Assembly: GCA_963716255.1 (NCBI GenBank)
Contig: OY970303.1
Span: 6,496,001 to 6,560,000, forward strand
Source: an uncultured Gemmatimonadales bacterium
GTDB lineage: Bacteria; Gemmatimonadota; Gemmatimonadetes; Longimicrobiales; Longimicrobiaceae
Direction: 5' to 3'
Length of the DNA stretch: 64,000 nucleotides
Made by a program: the position numbers and the translations under genes. The notes beneath the pieces are model-generated. The model saw nothing but the letters and a program-made list of their open reading frames with translations. It was not told where the DNA came from and ran no database searches. Shown here piece by piece: positions 9,773 through 60,991 of the stretch. Numbering within the stretch: the first letter of the stretch is position 1; the number at the start of each line of letters is the position of its first letter.

Positions 9773-9941
9773 AGCGGCCTCCGTTCCGGGCGCCGTTCGG
9801 TGTCGAGATAGTTTACGTTTCCGGAGAAAAGCGGCAACCGTAACGTAAGCCGTTTCTGCACTATCTTTTACTGCGCTACGGGACCCGCTTCGTCGCAGGC
9901 TCGTTCCCAAATGGGAACTGGATCGGATCCCGTCCGGGAAC
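9773..9941 (-). promoter_or_regulatory. Pilin B upstream module: twin palindromic operators plus promoter elements
   Basis: GTTCCCAAATGGGAAC (9903-9918) and GATCCCGTCCGGGAAC (9926-9941). TTGCCG-16-TAAACT (9837-9810). CGGAACGGAGGCCGCT GG-N10-GC (9788-9773). All lie exactly 840 bp from the matching elements of copy A. Confidence 0.7.
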
Positions 9942-10019
9942 AACCGAGGGTGCTTTCACACCACGTACGTGATGCTGCTGGGAGCTCCGATCGTGTGGAG
10001 CCCCCGGGCTGCTCGGTTC

Positions 10020-10526
10020 CTAGAAGGTGGTGTAGGTCGCGGTGAAGGTCACCGTGCCCGTGTAGTTGCCGGCCGGGGCGGTGGTGGTCGCCGCCGCCGC
10101 GATGCTGCCGCCCACGTACAGCCAGTGGTCCGTGCGGGCGTTGCCGGAGAGGGCCGTGGTGTAGCCCGCCGCGCAGGTGCCGGCGAAGGCCGTCGGCGTG
10201 GTGGCGGTGCCGGTGGTCGCCTGGGCGCAGCTGTAGGTGACGGCGAGGCTGCCGCCGCCGGCGCGGTTGAGCGCGGTGCCGGCGACCGTCACGGTGGTCG
10301 GCGTGTTGTACGACACCATGATCTTGCCGCCGTTGGCCGCGGTCACGGCGGCCCCGGTCCCGGGCGTGATCGGCGCGCCGAAGTCCAGGTTGGTCGGGTT
10401 GCTGAAGGTGACGGCCGACTGGACCTTGGCGAGGGCGTTGATGGTCGCGGTCTGCGTCTGGGCGCTGGCCACCGCCGGAACGACGAGGCAGGCTGCGGCG
10501 GCGATGAAAAGCGCGCTCTTCTTCAT
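10020..10526 (-). CDS. Major pilin-like subunit, copy A (168 aa)
   Basis: Near-identical to 9184-9690. The mature proteins differ at two residues (GAAV/GATV and GGSI/GGDI). Confidence 0.82.
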   Translation of the reverse strand: MKKSALFIAAAACLVVPAVASAQTQTATINALAKVQSAVTFSNPTNLDFGAPITPGTGAAVTAANGGKIMVSYNTPTTVTVAGTALNRAGGGSLAVTYSCAQATTGTATTPTAFAGTCAAGYTTALSGNARTDHWLYVGGSIAAAATTTAPAGNYTGTVTFTATYTTF

Positions 10527-10612
10527 GGTGGTGCTCTCCTGGGAGAGGGGCGGGTGGAACTGCTGCGACTTCGACTGGCACTGGACCTTCAGCGGAGGTC
10601 CGCGTACCGACT

Positions 10613-10781
10613 AGCGGCCTCAGTTCCAGGCGCCGTTCGGTGTCGAGATAGTTTACGTTTTTCGGGAGGGGGGGCAACCAAAAGATAAGGCGTTGCCGCG
10701 CAGCGTGTTGCGGGGGGTGTTGGCGGGACTCGGGAAGGGCGTGTTCCCGAACGGGAACGTGTTTCGGTCCCAAATGGGAAC
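10613..10781 (-). promoter_or_regulatory. Pilin A upstream module: twin palindromic operators plus promoter elements
   Basis: GTTCCCGAACGGGAAC (10743-10758) and GGTCCCAAATGGGAAC (10766-10781). TTGCCC-16-TAAACT (10677-10650). TGGAACTGAGGCCGCT (10628-10613). Confidence 0.7.
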
Positions 10782-10815
10782 GAAAACGCCGGGCGAGAGG
10801 GCTCGCCCGGCGTTT
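10780..10815 (-). terminator. Intrinsic terminator after the PLP enzyme gene
   Basis: AAACGCCGGGCGAG-AGGG-CTCGCCCGGCGTTT hairpin. The minus strand continues TTTTCGTT. Confidence 0.8.
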
Positions 10816-10825
10816 CCTGCGCGGC

Positions 10826-11959
10826 TCACCGCATGGCTGCGACGACGCGCTCGTTCTCCTCGACCGTGTTGTAGAAGTGGGGGGAGATGCGCACGTACTC
10901 GCCGCGCCTGTCCACGATGATCCCCTTTTCCGCGAGCACCGCGACGGACGCGGCGGAGTCGGGGACGCGCACGGTCACGATCCCCGAGCGCCGGTCCCGC
11001 CGCTCCGCCACCCGCGGCGGGAGCCCGGCGTCCTGCAGTCGCTCCAGCAGGTCCTCGGTGAGGCCGTCGATGCGCTCGCGGATGCGCTCCATCCCCACCT
11101 CCAGGATGATCTCCATCCCCCCCAGAGCCGTGTACACGGTGGGGACGGCGGGGGTGCCCAGGGAAAAGCGGCCGGCGTCGTCCCGGGGACGGTACTCGTC
11201 GGTGCGGAACGAGAACTGGTCCTCGGCGCCGAACCAGGACACCATGGTCGGCACCAGCTCGGGGATGCGCTCCTCGCGCACCCACAGGAAGGCGAGCCCC
11301 GGCCCGCCCAGCAGCCACTTGAGAGGTCCCGCCACGTACACGTCCGCCCCGCTGGCCCGCGGGTCCACCGGAATCTGCCCCACGGCCTGGTAGCCGTCCA
11401 CCAGGAAAAGGGCCCCCGCGTCGTGGGCGATCCGCGCGATGGGCTCCAGCTCCTGCACGTACCCGGTGCCGTAGAACACGTGGCTGGTCGCGACGACGGC
11501 GGTGCGCTCGTCCACGTACTCGGCCCAGCGCTCCGGCGACACGCCGATGCCGTCGTCGCTGGGGACCACGACCACCTCCACGCCCGGCCTGGCGAGCCAC
11601 TGGTAGACCAGGGTGGGGAAATCCAGCTCGGCCACCACCACCCGGTTGCGCTTTCCGTGGTCCAGCGCGGAAGCGATGGACGAGAGCGCGGCGGAGACGC
11701 TGGGCGAGAAGGCGACCTCGGACTCGCGGGCGTTCCAGAACTCGGCCACGCGGCCGCGCAGGTCGGCGATGCGCCCCATCCACAGCTCGTACCAGGCGGA
11801 GGCACCCATGGTGTTCCAGAGCGCCTGGTACTCCCCCAGGTACCCCATCGACCGCCGCGAGAGCGCGCCCAGCGAGCAGGAGTTGAGGTAGGTGCGCGTC
11901 TGGAGGATGGGGAACTCGGTGCGCCAGCGCTCCAGCTCGGGATGCGGGACTGCGCTCAT
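10826..11959 (-). CDS. Aminotransferase class V-fold PLP-dependent enzyme (kynureninase / cysteine desulfurase-like)
   Basis: YLNSCSLG, ELDFPT, VDGYQAVG, GPLKWLLGGPG (PLP lysine), GTP and VRISPHFYNT. Confidence 0.88.
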   Translation of the reverse strand: MSAVPHPELERWRTEFPILQTRTYLNSCSLGALSRRSMGYLGEYQALWNTMGASAWYELWMGRIADLRGRVAEFWNARESEVAFSPSVSAALSSIASALDHGKRNRVVVAELDFPTLVYQWLARPGVEVVVVPSDDGIGVSPERWAEYVDERTAVVATSHVFYGTGYVQELEPIARIAHDAGALFLVDGYQAVGQIPVDPRASGADVYVAGPLKWLLGGPGLAFLWVREERIPELVPTMVSWFGAEDQFSFRTDEYRPRDDAGRFSLGTPAVPTVYTALGGMEIILEVGMERIRERIDGLTEDLLERLQDAGLPPRVAERRDRRSGIVTVRVPDSAASVAVLAEKGIIVDRRGEYVRISPHFYNTVEENERVVAAMR

Positions 11960-12339
11960 CGGGCGCTCTCCGGTTCAAGGTGCGGGGTGCCGTGCGCGTT
12001 CAGGGTGTCCAGCGTGTCCACGGCGCGGCGCAGGTGAGGGATGACGATGGAGCCGCCGACCACCAGCCCCACGGAAAAGGTTTCGAAGAACTCGTCGTCG
12101 GTCACTCCCTCCTCCTTGCAGCGGACCATGTGGTAGGTGACGCAGTCGTCGCAGCGGAGGACCATGGAGGCCACCAGCCCCAGCAGCTCCTTGGTCTTGC
12201 CGTCCAGGGCGCCGGGTTCGTAGGTGCGGGTGTCGAGCGCGAAGAACCGCTTGATCTCCAGGTTCCCGGCTTCCAGGATGCGCCCGTTCATGCGCTCCCG
12301 GAACCGGCGGAACTCCTCCAGCTTGCTTTCGTCGGCCAT
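11956..12339 (-). CDS. Carboxymuconolactone decarboxylase / AhpD-family protein
   Basis: ATG at 12339. GALDGKTKELLGLVASMVLRCDDCVTYH contains the CxxC-H AhpD core. The stop overlaps the start of the next gene (ATGA). Confidence 0.88.
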   Translation of the reverse strand: MADESKLEEFRRFRERMNGRILEAGNLEIKRFFALDTRTYEPGALDGKTKELLGLVASMVLRCDDCVTYHMVRCKEEGVTDDEFFETFSVGLVVGGSIVIPHLRRAVDTLDTLNAHGTPHLEPESAR

Positions 12340-12434
12340 CTCCGCTCCTGGCAGGTGTGAAGCCCGAAATAGACTCACCCGCGAGGAACCCGTCAAGCGC
12401 GGCACGGGCCCCGGCGGGCGGGGTACCAGGCCGC

Positions 12435-13607
12435 ATGCGGACCGCCACCCACTCCCCCGCCGGGCTTGCCGCCCGGATCCGCGCGCGCGCCCTGGAGATG
12501 GGGTTCGACGACGTGGGTGTCGCGCCGGTGGGCCCCAGCGCGCACGGGGACGTGTACGAGCGCTGGCTGGCCGCGGGGATGCACGGGGAGATGGGCTACC
12601 TGGCGCGCGAGGACGCGGTCGCGAAGCGCAGAGACCCGGCGCTCCTGGTGCCCGGGGCGAGGTCGGCGGTGGTCGTGGCGCTGAACTACCATCCCCCGGA
12701 GGAGGCGCCGTCGTCGGCCGACCCGTCGCGCGCCGTGTTCGCACGCTATGCGCGGGGCGAAGACTACCACGAGATGATGAAGGAGCGCCTGATCGCGCTC
12801 CAGGAGTGGATCGCCGGGGAACTGGTGCCGGTGAGCGGGCGGGCCTACGTGGACACGGGGGCGGTGCTGGAACGGGAGCTGGCCCAGCGGGCGGGGCTGG
12901 GGTGGGCGGGGCGGAACACCATGCTGATCCGGCCGGGCCGGGGGTCGTACTGCTTCCTGGGAGTGGTGCTGCTGGACGTGGAGCTGGAAGCGGACGCGCC
13001 CTTCACCGCGGACCGCTGCGGACGGTGCTCGCGGTGTGTGGAGGCGTGCCCGACGGGGGCGCTGCTGGGGCGCGGTGTGGACGGCGCTCCGCTGATGGAT
13101 GCGCGGCGGTGCATCTCGTACCTGACCATCGAGCAGCGTGGGCCGATCCCGCGGGAGCTGCGGCCGCTGATCGGCAACCGGGTCTACGGGTGCGACATCT
13201 GCCAGGAGGTGTGCCCGTGGAACTCGTTTGCGGAGCCTACGGGCGAGGTGGCGTTCCTGCCACGTGCCGGGGTGGATGGCGCTTCCCTGGTCGAGCTGAT
13301 GGGGATGACGCAGGAGGAGTTCTCGCGACGCTTCAAGGGCTCGCCGGTGAAGCGGACCAAGCGGCGGGGGCTGCTGCGGAACGTGGCGGTCGCGCTGGGC
13401 AACTGGGGCTCGCCCGAGGCGGTACCCGTGCTGGCGGAGTCGCTCTCCGACGCTGAGCCGCTGGTGCGCGGGCACGCGGCGTGGGCGCTTGGGCGGATCG
13501 GGACGGAGGGAGCAATGCAGGCGTTGCTGGGCAGGGCGGAGGTGGAGGAGGACGCGTGGGTGCGGGAGGAGATCGAGACGGCGCTCGAGCAGGCGGGCCT
13601 CGCCTGA
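12435..13607 (+). CDS. queG: tRNA epoxyqueuosine(34) reductase
   Basis: GMHGEMGYL, ARYARGEDYH, YVDTGAVLERELA, CGRCSRCVEACPTGAL, DARRCISYLTIE, YGCDICQEVCPWN and C-terminal HEAT repeats. Confidence 0.96.
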   Translation: MRTATHSPAGLAARIRARALEMGFDDVGVAPVGPSAHGDVYERWLAAGMHGEMGYLAREDAVAKRRDPALLVPGARSAVVVALNYHPPEEAPSSADPSRAVFARYARGEDYHEMMKERLIALQEWIAGELVPVSGRAYVDTGAVLERELAQRAGLGWAGRNTMLIRPGRGSYCFLGVVLLDVELEADAPFTADRCGRCSRCVEACPTGALLGRGVDGAPLMDARRCISYLTIEQRGPIPRELRPLIGNRVYGCDICQEVCPWNSFAEPTGEVAFLPRAGVDGASLVELMGMTQEEFSRRFKGSPVKRTKRRGLLRNVAVALGNWGSPEAVPVLAESLSDAEPLVRGHAAWALGRIGTEGAMQALLGRAEVEEDAWVREEIETALEQAGLA

Positions 13608-13790
13608 ATCCGTACCGGGGCAGGCTGGTCCCCGGACCCGTTCCGCAGCACGTGTCAGGAGCCTGCAAGCGAGTCCCCGTCGAATCCGTCCGGCGGGGGC
13701 TCGCTCGCATCCCGTCGATCATGCCCCGCCCACCAGGGGCCCCGCGTGCGGATGGCTCCCTCAGCCGCTCCCGTCCGCAGCCACGTTCGG

Positions 13791-13850
13791 TTGACGCGGA
13801 ACGGATGGCGCCCTAGGTTGGGCGGGAAATATACGGAACCGATGCGTATA
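13791..13850 (+). promoter_or_regulatory. sigma70-type promoter of the NRPS operon with downstream inverted repeat
   Basis: TTGACG (13791-13796), 17-bp spacer, TAGGTT (13814-13819). TATACG-N9-CGTATA (13830-13850) follows. Confidence 0.6.
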
Positions 13851-13991
13851 CGACGGGTGTCCTGATCGCAGCTGCGCGGCGCGTGGCGGCCCGGGTCGTC
13901 TCGTCCGCGTGTCACGCATCCTCCCGCCCGTGGTTCCTTCCCTGGACCCGCCCCCGAACCCCCCACCGAACCCTCCACCCCACCTCCTCCG

Positions 13992-34268
<20,277 letters not shown>

Positions 34269-34323
34269 TGCATCACCCCCCGTCCCGCGCGCAGGCACCC
34301 GCCCCCCGGACGGAGGGCGCCCG

Positions 34324-56922
<22,599 letters not shown>

Positions 56923-57007
56923 CCTCCCTCCCGGGAAGAACCCGGACCAGGCGGGGGGCCCGACCCAAGCCCCGCGCTCGCAGCTCATCTTCTCAGAGAA
57001 AGTGCAG

Positions 57008-60000
57008 ATGACGAACGGACCGATCGGCGGCCTCTCGGGGGACGACCTGGAGCTCCTCGCCCTGCTGCTGGACGAGGTCGGGATCGAGACCGCCAGGGAG
57101 GAGCCCATCCGCCCCCGCAGGCCCGGGCAGCGCGTCCCGCTCACGTTCCCGCAGAAGCGGCTCTGGTTCATGGAGCAGCTCGAGCCGGAGAGCCGCATCT
57201 ACAACAACGTCATCGGGATCCGCCTCACCGGCAGGCTGGACGACGCGGCCCTGGCGCGCGCCCTGGACGAGATCGTCCGCCGGCACGAGTCGCTGCGTAC
57301 CGTCTTCCCGGAGGTGGATGGCGAGCCGGCCCAGGTGGTCCTCCCCGACTTCCGCATTCCCCTGGAGCGTTGCGACCTCTCGCACCTGCCGGAGGACGAG
57401 CGGATGCGCGAGGTGCGCCGCGTCCTGGACGCGGAATCGCTCCGCCCGGTGACGCTGGCTACGGGGCCGCTGATTCGGGCCGCGCTGGTGCGGCTGGGGG
57501 AGCGCGACCACGCCCTGAGCCTCCCCCTGCACCACATCCTCAGCGACGGCTGGAGCATGGGGATCTTCTTCCGCGAGCTGGCGGCGCTCTACGCGGCGTT
57601 CCAGGAGGGGCGTCCCTCCCCGCTCGCCCCGCTCCCGCTGCAGTACGCGGACTTCGCGGTATGGCAGGAGGAGCGGCTCTCGGGGGGCGCGCTGGAGCGG
57701 CAGATCTCCTACTGGAAGGAGCGGCTGCGCGGGGCGCCCCCCCTGCTGGATCTGCCGACGGACCGCCCCCGGCCGGCGGAGCAGTCCTACCGGGGTGCGG
57801 CGCACGGGACGGTGATCCCCGCCGGGGTCGCCGCGGGGCTGCGGGCGCTGGCGCAGCGGGAGGGGACCACGCTGTTCATGACGCTCCTCGCGGCCCTGGC
57901 GGCGCTCTTCGGCCGTTACGCGGGCGAGGACGACGTGGTCGTCGGGAGTCCCATCGCCAACCGCACCCGGCCGGAGCTGGAGGGGATCATCGGGCTCTTC
58001 GCCAACACCCTCCCGCTGCGCATCGACCTCTCCGGCGCCCCCCCCTTCCGCGAGCTGCTGGCGCGGGTGCGCGACGCCACCTTCGAGGACTACGCGAACC
58101 AGGACCTCCCCTTCGAGCGCCTGGTGGAGGAGCTGCGTATCGAGCGGAGCCTGAGCTTCAACCCGGTCTACCAGGCGATGCTCGTGCTGCAGAACACCCC
58201 GGGGAAGCGCGACGAGCTACCGGGGCTGGAGATGCACCCGCTGGAGACCGCGCACGACCGGGCCAAGCTGGACCTCTCGCTCAGCCTGGCGGAGATGGGG
58301 AACGAGATCTGGGGTGGGTGGGAGTACGCCACGGACCTCTTCGACCAGGCGACGGTGGTGCGAATGACGGACCACCTGGTGAACCTGCTCCGGGTGGCGG
58401 TGGAGGATCCCGGCCGACGCGTCCCGGAGCTGCCGCTGATCGCGCCGGAGGAGCGCACCAGGGTGCTGCACGGCTGGAGCGCCGGCGCCCCCCCGGGCGC
58501 CGCCCCCCTTCCGGTGCACCTGCAGGTGCGGGCCCGGGCGGCGGAGCAGCCGGACGCGGTGGCGGTGTGGCACGCGGGGGAGGCGCTCACCTACGCGGAG
58601 CTGGACCGCCGCGCCAGCCGCCTCGCGCACTACCTGCGGGGCAGGGGGGTGGGGCCGGAGACGCGGGTGGGCGTGTTCCTGGAGCGGGGTCCCGAGCTGC
58701 TGGTAGCCCTGCTGGGGGTGCTGGGGGCGGGGGCGGCGTACGTCCCGCTGGACCCCACCTTCCCGCGCGACCGGCTGGCGCTGCTGGCCGAGGACGCGCG
58801 CGTCGCCCTGGTGCTGACGGAGCAGCGCTGGTTCGCGGAGCTGCCGGGGAGTGTGGCCGCGGGCGCGGTCCTGGTGGACACGGACCGGGAGCGGATCGAA
58901 CGCGAGCCGGCGACCCCTCCGGAGGCGCCGGTCTTCCCGGAGAGCGCGGCGTACGTGATCTACACCTCCGGCTCCACGGGGAGGCCCAAGGGGGTGACCG
59001 TCCCGCACGGCGCGCTGGCGGGATACACGGCGGCCGCGCGCGCGGCGTACGGCGCGGGGCCGAACGATCGCGTGCTCCAGTTCGCCTCCGTGGCCTTCGA
59101 CGCCAGCGCGGAGGAGATCTACACGGCGCTCACGGCCGGGGCGCGGCTGGTGCTCCGCAGCGAGGAGATGCTGGATTCCGCGCGCGCCTTCCTGGAGCGG
59201 TGCCGGGAGTGGGGGATCACCGTACTCGACCTCCCTACCGCCTACTGGCACGAGCTGGTGGCGGAGCTGGAGGACGGGGAGGGGGCGGAGCTCCCGGAGG
59301 CGCTGCGGCTCGTCGTCATCGGCGGGGAGCGCGCCCTCCCGGAGCGGCTGCGGGCGTGGCGAGAGCGCTTCGGGGGGCGGGTGCGGCTGGTGAACACCTA
59401 CGGCCCGACCGAGACCACCATCGTGGCGACGCTCTGCGACCTCCCCGTCACGCCGGAGGGGGCAGCCACGCCGCGTCACGTCCCCATCGGGCGCCCCGTG
59501 GCCGGTGCGCGCGTTTACGTGCTGGACCCGCGGGGGGAACCCGCTCCCATCGGCGTCCCCGGGGAGCTTTACATCGGCGGAGTGGGGGTGGCGCGCGGCT
59601 ACCTGGACCGCCCGGAGTTGACGTCGGAGCGCTTCCTCCCGGACCCGTTCGCCGCGGAGCCGGGCGCGCGCGTCTACCGAACCGGCGACCGGGTGCGCTG
59701 GCTGGCCTCCGGGGAGCTGGAGTTCGTGGGGCGCACCGACCAGCAGGTCAAGATCCGCGGCTTCAGGGTGGAGCCGGGGGAGGTGGAGGCGGTCCTCGTC
59801 CGGCAACCGGGGGTGGAGGACGCGGTGGTCGTGGCGCGGCGGGATGAGGCGGGCCGCGAAGCGCCGCGCCTGGTGGCGTACCTGGTGCCGGAGCCGGGGG
59901 CGGCGCTCGCCTCGGCGGAACTGCGCGCTGCACTCCGCGCCGAGCTCCCGGCATACATGGTCCCGGTGGCCTGGGTGACGCTGGACGCCTTCCCGCTCAC

Positions 60001-60397
60001 CCGCACCGGCAAGGTGGACCGGCGCGCGCTCCCCGCCCCCGACGCGGCCGCGCTGGCGCGGGAGGCGGCTCGGGCCGCCCCGCAGAGCGGCGTGGAGCAC
60101 GCGGTGGCGGAGGCGTGGCGGGAGGTGCTGGGAGTGGAGGAGGTTGGGCTGGACGACAACTTCTTCGACCTAGGGGGGCATTCGCTGCTCCTGGCGCGGC
60201 TGCGCAGTCGGCTGGCGGGGAAGTTCGCTCGCGAGGTATCGTTGGTGATCCTCTTCCGCTATCCCACGGTCCGCTCCCTGGCTGAGTATGTGACGCAGGG
60301 TCAGCCTGAGGCTGCGACCCCCGAGCGGAACGCCGCGGAAGTGGAGGGCCGCCTCCAGGCTCTACGCAGGCGGCGTGACCTGCGGGGGAGCCCCTAG
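57008..60397 (+). CDS. NRPS 3, single module C-A-T (basic amino acid, Lys-like code)
   Basis: [46 protein letters not shown] (code DAEDVGTIV) and DLGGHSLL. Start is ATG 57008 or GTG 57002. Confidence 0.95.
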   Translation: MTNGPIGGLSGDDLELLALLLDEVGIETAREEPIRPRRPGQRVPLTFPQKRLWFMEQLEPESRIYNNVIGIRLTGRLDDAALARALDEIVRRHESLRTVFPEVDGEPAQVVLPDFRIPLERCDLSHLPEDERMREVRRVLDAESLRPVTLATGPLIRAALVRLGERDHALSLPLHHILSDGWSMGIFFRELAALYAAFQEGRPSPLAPLPLQYADFAVWQEERLSGGALERQISYWKERLRGAPPLLDLPTDRPRPAEQSYRGAAHGTVIPAGVAAGLRALAQREGTTLFMTLLAALAALFGRYAGEDDVVVGSPIANRTRPELEGIIGLFANTLPLRIDLSGAPPFRELLARVRDATFEDYANQDLPFERLVEELRIERSLSFNPVYQAMLVLQNTPGKRDELPGLEMHPLETAHDRAKLDLSLSLAEMGNEIWGGWEYATDLFDQATVVRMTDHLVNLLRVAVEDPGRRVPELPLIAPEERTRVLHGWSAGAPPGAAPLPVHLQVRARAAEQPDAVAVWHAGEALTYAELDRRASRLAHYLRGRGVGPETRVGVFLERGPELLVALLGVLGAGAAYVPLDPTFPRDRLALLAEDARVALVLTEQRWFAELPGSVAAGAVLVDTDRERIEREPATPPEAPVFPESAAYVIYTSGSTGRPKGVTVPHGALAGYTAAARAAYGAGPNDRVLQFASVAFDASAEEIYTALTAGARLVLRSEEMLDSARAFLERCREWGITVLDLPTAYWHELVAELEDGEGAELPEALRLVVIGGERALPERLRAWRERFGGRVRLVNTYGPTETTIVATLCDLPVTPEGAATPRHVPIGRPVAGARVYVLDPRGEPAPIGVPGELYIGGVGVARGYLDRPELTSERFLPDPFAAEPGARVYRTGDRVRWLASGELEFVGRTDQQVKIRGFRVEPGEVEAVLVRQPGVEDAVVVARRDEAGREAPRLVAYLVPEPGAALASAELRAALRAELPAYMVPVAWVTLDAFPLTRTGKVDRRALPAPDAAALAREAARAAPQSGVEHAVAEAWREVLGVEEVGLDDNFFDLGGHSLLLARLRSRLAGKFAREVSLVILFRYPTVRSLAEYVTQGQPEAATPERNAAEVEGRLQALRRRRDLRGSP

Positions 60398-60720
60398 GGA
60401 TGAGCCATTCTTCAGCGTCCCAGTGAGCAGACGCTGGACCGGCTTGCTCTGCACGACACGCAGGCGTCTCGCGACTGCCCCGGGTGTATTCTCCCGCACC
60501 AGGCCGATGCGGTCGGCGATCCCTCACTCGCCGAGCGTGCGGAGGATCTCAGTATCCCCCACCGAGACATGAAGCGCGGCCGCGACGGCCGCGGCGGGAA
60601 ACTCCCGCAGAAGGGTCCGCGGATCGGCCGCCAGCCGGCCGTCACCGCGGTCCCCACCGCGGAACGGGTCGACCACCGCGATCGCTGCGGGAGGCGAGCC
60701 CGGAGGGGAGGGTGTACTCG

Positions 60721-60756
60721 GTTGCGAATATTTTCAGACTTCTATTAATTGAAACA
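60721..60756 (+). promoter_or_regulatory. AT-rich island, candidate promoter of the FAAL gene
   Basis: TTGCGAATATTTTCAGACTTCTATTAATTGAAACA stands out in GC-rich DNA. TTGCGA is followed by an AT-rich -10-like stretch. Confidence 0.4.
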
Positions 60757-60991
60757 GCTGGATCGAGGTGCTGGTTCCGGGGGAAGTGACGACCTGTGCG
60801 CGGAGTGCGGGATACCCGGCCTCCAAGGTCGATCCTGCTCAGCACAGTGGAGCCCTTCCCCGCCGAGGCCGGGGATCTCGGCGCCTACCGGACGTGATCG
60901 TGGTGGGGCGCTCTCGATCAGCTCCAGCTTGCTTCAGGAGCCGCGGCCGGCCCCTTCTGCCGCCTCTCGCCCCCACCTGCTCGTCGCTCCG

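Noticed and set aside
10527..10650. c-di-GMP riboswitch call for the pilin leader
   Set aside because: Only a loose ACGC..CCUCCG resemblance. The GNRA tetraloop/receptor architecture is not evident, so it is kept only as an unassigned candidate structure.
9903..10781. CRISPR-like reading of the GTTCCC..GGGAAC repeats
   Set aside because: Only two pairs with 7-bp gaps, no spacer-length intervals and no cas genes. They fit operators better.
10826..13607. PLP enzyme, CMD protein and queG as NRPS tailoring genes
   Set aside because: They look like housekeeping neighbours. The NRPS has its own promoter and nothing in the sequence links them.
60398..60991. Short ORFs in the NRPS3-FAAL spacer (MbtH or PKS remnant)
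   Set aside because: No MbtH Trp motifs or KS motifs were found in the frames I read.
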